64,000 bases of DNA, from assembly GCA_051362555.1 (NCBI GenBank), contig CM120642.1, positions 868,001 to 932,000 on the forward strand. The letters run 5' to 3'. Under the pieces are notes generated by a model, which was given only the letters and a program-made list of their open reading frames with translations, searched no databases and was not told where the DNA came from. This stretch comes from Lingula anatina. Taxonomy: Eukaryota > Animalia > Brachiopoda. The first letter of the stretch is position 1, and each line of letters opens with the position of its first letter. Positions 51,201 to 64,000 of this stretch are shown in pieces. The position numbers and the translations under genes were made by a program.

Positions 51201-54200
51201 GGGATGGGTTCAATCCATTTCGCATCAGTGGCTGTATAACTGATGAAAAACAAAGCAGTTTATTAAAATTTAATTTCTTACATATTTTTCAAAACAATCA
51301 CTCCATAGGTAAGATTATACAAGTAGAATTTACTTTGGACAAAAGAGAAAACATGCAAGGAATCAAACAAGTACACGTATAAAGGCAGTGGCATTTAGCA
51401 TATACAATAACAAAGACGATATAATCAGATTAAAAATGAACAAGCAACCCCCCCCCCCCCCCACAAAAAAGTATTCTATTAAAAATGTGGAGTAACAAAG
51501 CAAATTAAGGAATTACTCAAAACCTTAATGCTAGCAAGGGTTTAAAAAGCGATTCAACCTTTAAAAGACAGAGAATCCATCAATAAACAATTCAATTCAA
51601 ACTGTAACCAATATAGCAAAAATGTACAGAATGGAGTATGTGAAATGAAAAATTAATCATACAAACAAAAGATGGAATCGGAAATATTTGTTAGTTTTTT
51701 AAAGTAATGCCAAACTTTATGTAGTGAATGGGAACCAAAATTGTGCGTTTATTCTTATATAACCATAGCTGTTTTCATTTTCAATGTGTGCATAAATATC
51801 TTGCCACTTCTAATCTTCTGTTACTATCAAAACTAAAGTGATCATATAAAGATTAAAGTCGCCAAATAAACATTAATGTGAGATAGCAAAAACCCAATAG
51901 ATGGATATTGAGAAATCTAAGGAAAATGATATCCGGGAGGATAGTCGAATTATTTCCCAAGGCTATCAAAAACTCATCTGCAGAGCAAAGTTTGGAATAC
52001 AAACAAAATATCAAAAGACAAGATTGTAAAATTACGTCATCTATAAATGAGGGCAGGTAATTTTCAGCTGTAGAATTTTCATTTTATTTACTAAAAAATG
52101 CAAAGGATTCATCACGGCTATTTTAACATTCTCCGTTATACGAATTTTTGAGGCCACATCTTTAGTGCTATGAATCGTATCAGTAAAGTTGAATAAAATA
52201 CTTTACTTGGTTTTTACATTTTGATTAAAATACCACAAAGAAGGATTTGATGCTAAAAAGAAGTTTGTGAAGTTGCAAAAGTAAAGAAGGTCGTTATTTT
52301 AAATTGGCCTGCATTTCATTATAGAATCAGTCCAGTGAGTGGGAAGAAAGTAAATGCCTATTCTACATCAAGGCTTGTTTCCATTTAGGTTTACAAAATA
52401 TAATGTATGACAAAACGGTATATTGTAAGCAAAATAAGTGTTATTCGTGAACTTGGCCTGTGTCTTGGGACCATATGATCCACACCAGTAAGTTTGGGGA
52501 CAACTCAAATGATTATCTAAATTATACAATGAAAGGTGCACCGCGGCGACAAAAGAAGACGCAGTTGATGGCAATATATACAGACAGTAATTGCTACAGT
52601 CGCACATCTATTGTAATTAATAATGTATGCAACATGTACATTTATTATCTCTATATTTGCTCCTTGAAAAGTATGTCAAATATATTGCACGTAATTTGGA
52701 TGCAACTTAAAAGTTTAGCCATTCCTTTAAATAATAATGAAAAAACAAAACAGAAATGTGGTTCTTCTTGTTCGTATGAAGAACACACGGCATTCTGGAG
52801 ACGGCGGACAGTCTTAGTGTGAAATACCCATCTCTTCATCATTGTGTAGTGTGCAACTGAGACCACCATTTCCGCTGCATGTTTTCAATCCCACAGCATT
52901 GCAACGCTTATTCAAAACAATATATTTGATATTTTGACCGACAAAATCAAGTATTATGCACAATTGTCGTAACTTTTGGTTCATTCTACTGCGCAACTTG
53001 TATTTAATGACGGAGGTTATCAAAGAAATAGAAATACTTACAAAGACGCGGTTTTTCTGCTACGCCCAAAAAATCCCGACCTGCAACTGCACCACACCTA
53101 TCCTTGAGTCTTCACGCAGCAGTGTCCAGCTGTCAAGTGAGTATTCTGGAAAACAGCTCGCACTGCGTCGAGCTTGTTATTGTTATGTAAATCGCAACAG
53201 GTGTGGCGTAACTTCAGGTGAACAACCTCCGTTAACTACCTTACTATGTCGATGTCGACTATTACCCCGTTCAGTTATCCATACTCCAGTGTTTGAAGTT
53301 GTCTTGCCCTTGTTTAGTTGGATAGTTTTATTAATAGTAACTCAGTCCGATTTGTGCTAATTTACTTTTATTTTATTTTACTGTAGGCCTTTAGTTGTTG
53401 AGTGAGATATAGTCATCTATGTTTTTTTTTGCCTCCGCATCAAAGCCTCGTTTCGACTCGGTGGTTATATCAACCGCATGATAAATAGACTGATACGATA
53501 ATATTTATGAGTAGTAAAACGTTTTAAACTTGTACCAGGAAAGATATATCAAAGACCCCAACCAAAACAATGGCGAAGATACAGGTTGAAGTACAGTATA
53601 TTAAGACAGGGTGTTTCGTCTAGTTTGCGATATTTCTAGTGCGGTTTGAGTCTCGGGTTTCCACCAAACCAGATATGTACATTGAATCCTCAGACGGTTT
53701 TTAGAATCATTTATTCGTATTAAAAAGGGATCTGAGGGAAATATTTCAAGCACTCGTCCACATGAGTAATGTTTGATACCCAAGTTTTTTTTTTACGCGT
53801 GAAGCATAAGCGTTGCTGATAGGGCTAAATTTAGAAAATTGTTAATTTTGACACACACACTTCTTTTTTTCTTTTCTTTTCTTAATGTCAAAAAGTTTCA
53901 CTTGGATGGATATTGAAATTAAACTACGCAATGGCAGGCGCTTCTTTGATATGAAATCCCATGAAATACAGACGCAGTGCTGGAGAAGTCAACCACCAAG
54001 CCACGCTAGTCACCTCGGGTCTTCACGGCACAGATTCATATCAGACATCAAGGCAGACAAAGGTGGCCATTTTTCTAATTATCTACTTTGTTTTCACCTT
54101 CCTAGCATAATGGGGTAAATTAATGAGATTCGACCCCTTTACTGCCTATACTACATGTAGATAACCACGTGAGACCATCAAACACGAGTGAAACTAGTTA

Positions 54201-54269
54201 TTTTAAATTCCGCACTGAATTCAGGACGTCGCAGTCTCATGAATTTTAATCGGGTCTGTGTAGGATAGC

Positions 54270-57200
54270 ATGGAGAGGAGAAAACTAGGGTGGGTGATCC
54301 TCATTTGTGGCGTTGTTAGCTTTGAGATAGCCGTGCTTTTACAATCATATAGACAAGAGGAGGAACAAGTGCCCAAGATGGCGATTGCATTTCAAGGTAA
54401 AACTAGTATTTAATCAAGCTTTGAGTTCAGTTTATCCTTAACTGATGATCACTGAGTTTTGTCTATGCTTGTACTCCCTGACATAAAGAGGACATTACGG
54501 GTGCGTGGTGAAGTCGGAGACTGGAGAAAATAAGTCACAAATATTGGTCTCATACCGCTCAAAAAGCATATGTACCGGGTAGGTCTTTCAACTTTGGAAA
54601 AGCATTAATAATGATATCTATGCGCTAGCTAGGACTCTTACTAGCATGATTGTATTTTGATATTTACTAGAATGTTAGCCCATGTAATATCGAAGTTTGT
54701 AGATACAAATACCAGAGTATAGGTATCCTTGATGTCGTATAAAAACCTAAGTAATACGGTTATAGTCCAAGAGACATTTTACTGAACTTTGACGGAAAAA
54801 TATGGAATCATCAAATTGTCAAATTTGGCATATGAAAATATCTTCGTCCTTACAGTTAAAAATATTCTTCAGGTCATGGACCAGTCGGGGTAACAGGGGC
54901 CTCTCTGTAACATGGAATCCTAGACTGGTGTAAAAAATGTGAATCACAGTTTCATTGTCACTTGTCACGAAATGTTTGACTCGGTAATAACAGACTCCTT
55001 GATAGTGAGAGAGCGCATGCGGTGGCTGTCTCCCCTATCTACTGGCTTCAACAAAAAGACATTTGTAAACCAAATATGTAGTGCTGATTTAGGGAGGTAA
55101 TTAAGCGTCTTTAATATGACACCTAGTCGATTGCTATCTTCACTAAGTGTGGGGCACGAGGATGAAATATCCAAAATATAAAATGGAAAATGGTCCAAGA
55201 GGACAATTTTACTTTGACTTTGATGTTCAGGGGCAGAGAGATACAGATGTATAATTTGATCTCGTTTCGCTTGCTGTACAATTTTTACTTTTTGTGTGTG
55301 TGCGGAGGGGGGGGGGGGGGGGCAGCAGGTGGTATTTAAGCAGTTGGGCCCTCCCGCGGCATGCGCGCCCGTGTGTGTAATTAAAAGAGAGATAGAGAGA
55401 GAGAATATTGGCAGATGCCCTACTCGCACAAAAACTATATTTCTCAAAATCATGCACGTAGTTAACAGTGCATCTATGCAATATGCTAGACCACTATGTT
55501 TTCAATTTGCATGTAGTCTTAACCTCTTTGCGTTATTAATGTGCATGTGATTTAGACCTCTCCCTCTTTTCTGTTTTTCTTTTTTTAGAATTCACATACT
55601 TTTTCTATACATGCTGTATTTCATTTTAGTCACTGCTTCCACTGCTGATATCTCTTGATTCCTTTTCTTAATATTCATGATGTCATATAACTGATACCCA
55701 TTAAAAAACGGTGGCTCAAAACGTGGTCATTCTTATCAAGACGAAACGTAATTAAATCGTGATGAACACTACGCGAGAGCTTCAAAGAATAATGATTAAT
55801 GATTTTGTGTTAATTTCAGCATTTTTTCTTCAACATCAAGGTCCACCCTATCCAAAATCATTTAGACAACTAAAACCTATAAATATTTTTTTATTTTAAG
55901 TTTACCATTTTGATTTCTCCAAGAATCACCTACATTAACAGACGCAAAACACTTAGAACACAATATATCGTAATTAAGTTAACGGTTATAGACATGGAAC
56001 ATGCTGATTAAGGGAAAGGTGCAAAAACTTCCAGGAATATTAAATATTTCCTATGTAATTGTCTTTCACACATGGCGTGCCTTTATCTTTTGTTTTTCCC
56101 CAGACACAGACCTGATATCACATCAACGAAACAGTTCCTTCATGTCTCGTTATTCCCCGACAGATGGAGTGATCATTCTGACCTATGTCCGCAGCGGGTC
56201 GAGCCTTGTAGGTCAACTTTTCAACCAGAATCCCAATGCCGTGTATTTCTACGAGCCTCTTCGTTGGATAAAGGAGTCTCTAGAACAGCCGTCCATCTAT
56301 ACATATTCTAATAATACTCAAAGGTAGGAAACAGCATCGCAAGGTGCCCTCACATAACGTTTGCTCTGTAACATTTTGATGAACGTCATTAGTTGCCAGT
56401 CCAGAGGTAACCACAGCTACTCTATATGTTTTCACATTGTTAACTATACTTTCAGTACACTTGTTTAAAACGAAAGTTTCTCCGAAGTGTTCTGTTCGAC
56501 AAAGTTGTATTAAATCATTTCCAGCCAGGATTTTCCTGCCAATAACTCACATTTCCAGGGGTAACGGCATTTTCACACAAGAAGCAATTCATGCACTTAC
56601 ATGTAGAATGCGTTCAGAATTCTGGCCTGGATTTCTCTTAGCCCATCCGACCTTAACATTGCAACAAATTGAATTTACCTGGGGATTTCAAACCTCTCCC
56701 CATGCTGTACTTAATCCAGTGCCGTTATATGTGTTCCATGTTCTCTTTTTCAGAAAAATATCGGGGACCCATTCTCAGAGAGAAAAAGATTTCATTTATG
56801 CTGACGTCATAAAGAAACTGATCACGTGTGAGGTGCATGACGTACCGAGCACTGTAACATTGCTTAAAAAATACAACGTTTACAATTTGTTAACTTTAAA
56901 CCAACAGAAAGCTTTAAAAGATTATGAAAACTGCGCTTATATTCGCGTACGGGGAAAACAACCAAACTGCATGACCAAGATGAAAAATGTTTGTGACAAC
57001 TCCACTTTGAAAGTGATGAAATTAGTGCGATTGTCCATGAAGGCAGTGGAACCAATTTTGACCCAGCTTCCCAATGTCAAGGTCATCCATCTTCTCCGTG
57101 ACCCAAGGGCATCCTTATTGTCGAAAAAGAAAGCCGCTCTTTTTAAGTGCAATCTGGATTGTGAAGTCGATCAGCGTTGCAACAAACAATTATTGCCTGA

Positions 57201-57555
57201 TATTACACATGGAAAGGTTTTGGAGGCAAAATATCCAGGGCGTATTATGCAAATTAAATATGAGGATGTTGCAGCTAAACCTTTATACTGGAGCACAAAA
57301 ATATATAATTTTATTGGACAAAAACTACCACCTGTTGTAGAACACTGGATTCAGAGAGCGACGTCTTCCTCTGAAGAAAATGGAACTTACGGAACAAAAA
57401 GACAAAACTCTTCAAAAACAGCGCATAAGTGGGAGACAGAGATAGGTTTCGAAATGGCAGGAAAAGTTGATGCTGTATGTAAAACCGTTTTAGATCTTCT
57501 GGGATATGAACCATATTTAGATATTTATAATAAAAATAAAAGAAGTAATGTGTAA
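54270..57555 (+). CDS. Carbohydrate sulfotransferase (Gal/GlcNAc-6-O-sulfotransferase family, CHST1/3-like), about 382 aa
   Basis: Exons 54270-54396 (MERRKLGWVILICGVVSFEIAVLL, type II signal-anchor), 56104-56323 (5'-PSB TYVRSGSSLVGQLFNQ...FYEPL) and 56754-57555 (3'-PB KVIHLLRDPRAS, KYEDVA, C-terminal LLGY). Phases are consistent, 1149 nt. Confidence 0.92.
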
Positions 57556-57588
57556 TACAATAGAAAGTGTGTATTAAGTGTACGTCTC

Positions 57589-57820
57589 ATAGGGTGCATT
57601 CCCAGAGATTTAGATCGATCCAGAGATTTAGATTTAGATCGACCTAACTCCCTGGGGGTTCACGCTAAATTGCAGTCAGCCGAGCGTGCACGACAGTTAA
57701 ATACCCCCTTACAGCTTTTAGTAGGCAGGACAGACGCTTAAGCCGGCTAAGCTGACAGTAATCTGGTGAGACTCCCCACAGAGATAGATCGATCTAAATA
57801 TCGATGGGAATGGGGTCATA
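57589..57820. mobile_element. Foldback MITE family A-related copy just 3' of the sulfotransferase stop codon
   Basis: CATTCCCA...TTTAGATCGATC / GATCGATCTAAA...TGGGAATG termini. Shares CGCTAAATTGC and GAGATAGATCGATC with the other copies. Confidence 0.7.
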
Positions 57821-59327
57821 TTTGAAATGTGACTTTTAAAGCATGTGGGTTATTTTACACTATTGAAACGAGTACCGATTCCTTTTGGATAACTTTCGTT
57901 ACAGACCAACTACAATATTTCATTTCTCAAATATTTTTCAAAAGCCAAATACAATGAAATATTTTTAACAGAAATTGCCATTTCTCGAAATCTTAATCCT
58001 ATATTCGTAATTTTGCACTACCATGGTTTTCAAAAAATAATTTGGCTGAAACAATTGAATCGTGTCATTCTTGAAGAATGTCACAGGACTCTTAATTTAG
58101 ATGTTGCATATGATTATTTTCATTATCTTTAAAACAAATATAAACCTGTTATTTATAGCGAATGGAGAGATTTGACTTATGATTTAAATAGGCAGTTTTT
58201 AGTCTCTCTTTTTATATGGCTTTCCCTAATGCGAAATCATCCATTTACTTTAATTGGCATGTCCAAAACATATCATCTAAATCAGTCATGTATTTCTACA
58301 TAAATAATTCGGCTATTTGTAGATAAAGTAAACTAAGAGGCTTTTATACTTTTTTATAATTTCTTTATTACTATATCAACCGTCCACATCTACACTTTTT
58401 TTAATCTTTTACACTAAACAGTGGCAAATGTGTATATTTATCGTAAAAAACACAACGTTGTATTGGTCTACATGTTATGGCTACGTGAACAATCACAATA
58501 AATTCATTTGTGTATTACTAATTCACGATAGTTTGATGACAAAAAAAATCTGGAAGAGTGAATTAAGCATATCCAAGGACGACCACAGACTATACCCAAG
58601 ACGGATTGTGACACCAGATAGACGTGTCATGAAGAAGACATGACGTCATATGAAGAATTAATTTAAACTTAGCCCAAAAAATCGTATTACAAAACCACCA
58701 ACGATTAAAACTTAATACTACTACATATATTATTTTTAAAAAATTAGAACCCAAGCAGTTTGTATCTGTAGATACGTCCCCAAAACCAATGTACTTTACG
58801 GACCTAACGAACTATCGGTTATTAAGTGTATAGGATGTTTTACAACAAGCAATTACTGTACATTCGCCACTGATTTCAAGTGATAATTCGCAATTCAAAT
58901 TCTTTACATGTAAATACAAAGTGATGTTATACAAAAATATGGAGTAGTTTGACTATAATTAAAAAAACGCTCAATTATTATTTCTGTTTACGAACCACCA
59001 AACGTATTTAACCGTGATGATTTATATTTAAAGTGCACAATTATAGCTTAATATTAGCCATAAGGTATTAGCAATACCCGGTGTCTTCAAGAACTAAAAT
59101 ATTAACACCAAAAACTGCCTCCAACTCTTCAGATATTTTGGTGAACATACCGATCACATACGATTTAACTTGGGTACAGTCATTTTGTTTGCATAATATT
59201 ACAAATCAATGTATTTTCATGAGAACATTAAATAACTACAAATAAGATTCATTTAGCTGCCCAGCTATGAGCTAAGTTTTTTTAGAACTTGTTTTGTCAA
59301 GTTGAAAACAGTCAAAGTGGTTATTGG

Positions 59328-62300
59328 TTACGGTAAAACGAGCACCCCGTCTGGCAAGGTATCGATCCCAGGGATAGACTGTTGGGGTGGTGGATCAACG
59401 ACGGCGTTAGGGTCACAAGTACCATCACAGGGGACCACTTGGTTATCCAGGCACTGCTGAGTTTGCTTATTACAGGGAGTTCCGCTGCAGCAGATATAAG
59501 TGTCTTTAGGATAGATGGCGTCAGCACAGCAGATGTGGGTATCTTTGTTGTACACGGTGTTGGCGCAGCATCCAGCCACGGCCGAGTTCTTTGGAATCCT
59601 ATACCCTCCACAACAGGTGGTTGTTGCTGGGTCGAAAGGTTGGTTATTGCAGCAGCTCCCTTTGTTTACCACCGTTGATCCACAGCACTCTTGGGTTGCA
59701 GAGTTGTATGGGTTGCCTGCACAACATTGATCATATTGTTGTTTCCAATAGATATTTCCACCACAACATATTTGACTGACTGGGTTGTATGGTTGGTTGT
59801 TGCATAAAGTACAAGTGCCTTTTTGAACAATATTGCCCAGGCAACATTCGTGCGTATTAGAATTGTAAGGGGAATTAACACAACATTGATCATATTGTAC
59901 CTTCCAATAGACAGTGCTGCCACAACATATTTGAGTGGCTGGGTTGTATGGTTGGTTATTACATAAATAACAACTGCCTTTTGGAACAATATTGCCTTGG
60001 CAACATTCGTGCGTATTAGAATTGTAAGGGGAATTAACACAACATTGATCATATTGTACCTTCCAATAGACATTGCTGCCACAACATATTTGAGTGGCTG
60101 GGTTGTATGGTTGGTTGTTACATAGATGGCAATTGCCTTTTAGAACAATATTACCCAGGCAACATTCGTGCGTATTAGAATTGTAAGGGGAATTAACACA
60201 ACATTGATCATATTGTACCTTCCAATAGACAGTGCTGCCACAACATATTTGAGTGGCTGGGTTGTATGGTTGGTTATTACATAAATAACAACTGCCTTTT
60301 GGAACAATATTGCCTTGGCAACATTCGTGCGTATTAGAATTGTAAGGGGAATTAACACAACATTGATCATATTGTACCTTCCAATAGACATTGCTGCCAC
60401 AACATATTTGAGTGGCTGGGTTGTATGGTTGGTTGTTACATAAATTACAACTGCCTTTTAGTACAATATTACCCAGGCAACATTCGTACGTATTAGAACT
60501 GTAAGGGGAATTAACACAACATTGGTCATATTGTTGTTTCCAATAGAGAGCTCCACCACAACATATCTGACTGGCTGGGCTGTATGGTTGGTTGTTACAA
60601 CATGATCCTCTGTTTACAACTGTGTTCTGACAACACTCCTGGGTTGACAGAGAATAAGGATTACCAGCACAGCACCCCTGATAGGCAGTGTTGATGTGAG
60701 TGCTTCCACAACATTGACTGCCGGCCAACCTTCCGTAGAGTGTGTTCCCACAGCAAATGGCTATAGATGGATTGTACTGTAAATTGCCGCAGAAATTACA
60801 GGAACCTTTTGGTACAACGCTGCCATGACAACATTCTTCGCTTCCCAGGTTGAATGACCTATCATTGCAGCAACCCGATGTGGCCTGGTTGATTGGGCTG
60901 TTACCACAACAAACTACGTTGTACGATTTAAGGTAAAGGGTCCCTCCACAGCAAACGTATACAGACGGGTTATATGCCTGGCCGTTGCAGCAGGCTTGAG
61001 AACCTTTATTGATTACAGTACTGCCACAACACTCTTGGGTACTCAGAATAAAAGGGTTGTTTGCACAGCATCCTTGGAAGTTGGGGTTTATGATTTGATT
61101 ATTACAGCAAGTTCCTTTTGTGACAATGGATGTGCCGCAGCATTCTTGAGTCTGGGGGTTGTAGGACTGACCGTTACAACAATCTAGCCATGACGGAATC
61201 AAGGAACCACCGCAACACTTATTGGTCATTGAATTGTAGACCTGGCCGTTACAACATGCCGTACCCTGGCCGTTGGTGATGACTGTGCTGCCACAACAGG
61301 ATTGGTATATCAGACTAAATGGCTGATTGTTACAACATCCTCTGCTTGTCGATCCTTTGGGAATGATCTCGGTCCCACAGCAGTCTTGTGTGAGAGGATT
61401 ATACACCACACCATTACAGCGATAGAAGTTGATGGAAATTGGCCTGATTTGACCGTTGACACAAACGTGCGTTGAAAGATCGTACCCGAAGTCGCCGCAA
61501 CAGGCATCAATTCCTGAAGCCTTCGAGTACAAGTTTTTGTTACTGCAACAGAGATGAGTCGTAGGATCATAGGCCGCGTCGTTGCACAGGTGCTGAGGTT
61601 GGATGGGGATAATCTGGCCGTTGACGCACGTATGGGTATCTGTGTTGTAAAATATGGCGCCTCCGCAACATCCAAGATTGGAGGCTCTTGGTTGCAAGGT
61701 GTTTCCACAGCACAGCTGGGTGCCTGGGTCGTACTGGACACCACCACAAATGGGAGGAGTTCCGCCCAGGAGGATTGGGAAGCCATTGGCACAGTATTTG
61801 AGCATCACGTTATAAACAGTCTGTCCACAGCAACTGAGATACGGCTCCAGGGAGAACAACTGTCCGCCGCAGCACATCTGGTTTGCAGGGGAGTACGCAT
61901 GTCCATTGCAGTAACTAGGTACCGGGCCCTGGCCAATAACGTAGATCATGTCAACGACGCATATTTGTGTTAGTATATCATAAACAGATTGTCCGCAACA
62001 GGCTTTGGTGAGGTATGGATAGCCCGACTGAGCGTGAAGGGTGTTGCCACAGCAGATTTGGTACCTTGGGTTATACGACACACCGTTGCAGCTTGGAAGG
62101 TACCCTATAATGGCGACGACGACTCCATTTTGACAGGTATGTGTGCGAGAATCGTAGAACACGTCGGCACAGCATCTAAGTGTAGCAGTGATGGGCCTGG
62201 CTTCGTTCCCACAGCACAGGTGCGTGTCCGGGTTGTACTGCTGGCTTCCACAGTACTGTGGTATCGGGACAACGACACCATTACTGCACATGTCCTGGCG

Positions 62301-62794
62301 CACGTCGTACTCTACGTCACCGCAGCATTCAATGTACTGCTGTCTGGGCCTGGTTCCACTGGCACAACATATATAAAAAGCTGGGTCATACACGACACCA
62401 TTACATCTGACGTAGTTGCCTCCATGGGTGCCGATCTGACCATCAGAACAGTACTGGAGATCGGTATTGTACACTGTTGGCCCGCAGCATGCAGCATATG
62501 GCGACTTGTTGTAGAGGTAGTTTTCGCAGCAAATCTTCTCGTTTGGATCGTACTTAACGTTTCCGCACGACGGCTGTGGGGTGGTCCCTATGGGATACAC
62601 CTTCCCGCCAACACATATGTGTGTGCTGGTGTCGTACATCTGGTTGCCGCAGCAGGCACGGTTCTGGCCGTAGTTGTAAACATTGCCGCTGCAGCACATT
62701 TGCTGCTGCGTGTTACACGGGCTGGAGCCGCAACATGTGTAGGATGGACTGGTCAAAGGCTGGTTGCCACAACAGTCCTCTCCATCGTGACAGC
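59328..62794 (-). CDS. Galaxin-like cysteine-rich (di-Cys repeat) secreted/matrix protein, main exon (over 1150 aa)
   Basis: A 3.4-kb open frame made of C-x-G-x2-Y-[DN]-P-x4-CC-G repeats typical of galaxin/usherin-like Cys-rich repeats. The frame extends upstream to a TTTTAG acceptor at 62795 (phase 1). Confidence 0.88.
59680..60600 (-). repeat. Coding tandem repeat, 159-bp (53-aa) unit, with alternating A/B variants
   Basis: CNNQPYNPATQICCGS[N/T]VYWKVQYDQCCVNSPYNSNTHECC[Q/L]GNIV repeated four times almost identically, flanked by more diverged copies. Confidence 0.93.
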
Positions 62795-63018
62795 CTAAAA
62801 CAATAAAGAGATCGATACATGGATTAATAACTATTCTTGCAGAGTTATTTTAGCTTTTGCCATTTTTTTTTTCAAAATGGACGTTTTATAAACAAGATTT
62901 CTATATCTATATTGACGCATGCAGATGTTTCGGTGTTTTCGGTGTTTTTTTTTCGGAGCAGTTCATAAGTCCACCGCGCATTAAACCCAGCACACACACA
63001 ACATCATTATAACGGTAC

Positions 63019-63123
63019 CATGACGGTTATAACCGAAAAGGTTTGCTGGGGAGACGCTCGTACTGATCTTCGTCATGGACGCCAAAACAGACACCATTAT
63101 CAAGGGAAATTTCGAGGGGAATT
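63019..63123 (-). CDS. Putative upstream exon of the galaxin-like gene (signal-peptide-like)
   Basis: TCTTGTAG acceptor, FPSKFPLIMVSVLASMTKISTSVSPANLFGYNRH, and a phase-1 donor G|GTACCG that matches the downstream exon phase. The donor is weak and the start codon is uncertain. Confidence 0.5.
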
Positions 63124-64000
63124 CTACAAGACCAAAACTTGCGCTCGTGAGAGGACGATATGTGTTTATTTGCCCAGAGGTTTTCAATAAGTCATGCGTT
63201 GGTGGTAAAAGTAAACAACGTTTGAGTAACGGTGCGCTTTTCAGGCCTTTGTCTATAATCTGTTGTCTGAATTATCAATTAAAAACCATTGCTTCATTAT
63301 TTAAGATTTTGTTTAAATGAAGCCCATCCCCATGAGGTTTCCCAATTTTGAATGACCCCAAGTACATTTTAATCTTTAATGTGAAATGGGTAACGCATGC
63401 TCTTTGACATGTTGTTTATGACACCTTCTTTAACTGCTTTATCTATCTATTCACTTTTTATTATGTACACCGTCGAGCGAAAAATAGTAACATTAATCGC
63501 TTTAAAGTCTGCAAGTTGTGTTTGCAGTGATAAAACTGATGGATGTCTTCCTCAAAGTAATAAAGTTACTCCTTTGAAAATTGTTTTAATATTATAATAT
63601 AATTATACCTGAATTCTGCAAAAGGGATAAAAATGAGCTTTTCGTTCACGCAACGTACTACATCAATGTGTGACGTTAATTGATATAAACATAATTATAC
63701 TCGTTAAAGGTACTAAGACAGGTGACGACGCCCGTTATCGTTACCGTAATTTACGTCATTTCAGATGGTAACATTTCCGGCTTGAAATGAAAAAGGAGCC
63801 ATTTTGCGTCTGTCGGCAACAAGCAATCTGTTCAGTGTTTCTTTCTATTTTATTTTTTAAGAATCATTGCAAATGAAATTGTTAAATATAAGCAATAACT
63901 TTTGGACAAGTTTGTAATTCCTTCCTTTGCGAACGGTTGCAACGAGTAAAATGCAGTAGCTTTAAATCTGATTGGGTTCAGCAAGTGGGGGGAGTGCCTC

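Noticed and set aside
55820-55840. 21-nt frame-preserving microexon in the sulfotransferase
   Set aside because: The donor GTCCAC is poor and the exon is not needed for the reading frame. It cannot be supported without RNA data.
56437-56753. N-terminal part of the 372-aa ORF as coding sequence
   Set aside because: It is intronic. The donor at 56324 and the polypyrimidine acceptor at 56753 join the 5'-PSB exon in frame.
61989-62798. 269-aa plus-strand ORF and other ORFs overlapping the galaxin-like exon
   Set aside because: Antisense or alternative-frame shadows of a repetitive coding exon, with no recognisable domain.

Overview
AT-rich, intron-containing invertebrate genomic DNA, not prokaryotic. 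Four protein-coding genes can be built from GT-AG splice sites with consistent phases: (1) UBAC1/KPC2, 10 exons at 3385-10876 (+), with the first coding exon apparently upstream of the window; (2) an SLC16/MCT-family MFS transporter, 7 coding exons at 42556-46403 (+); (3) a Golgi Gal/GlcNAc-6-O-sulfotransferase (CHST1/3-like), 3 coding exons at 54270-57555 (+); (4) a large galaxin-like di-cysteine-repeat protein at 59328-62794 (-). The rest is repeat-rich: a decayed Tc1 (DD34E) element, several TIR-bounded non-autonomous elements (one nested set lies inside a (CA)n tract), Helentron-type satellite-bearing elements, a foldback MITE family, and mini- and microsatellites. The most striking feature is a 20-copy, 113-bp tandem array inside UBAC1. 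Each unit is a phase-0/0 72-nt copy of the start of a UBAC1 exon plus a 41-nt GT...AG spacer, and every variant I could see among the 19 upstream copies is synonymous. Also notable are two tiny palindromes with 7-bp target-site duplications that look like P-element-type excision footprints, and an inverted ~190-bp repeat pair carrying a composite Sox-POU motif. All coordinates were read by eye and no database searches were run.
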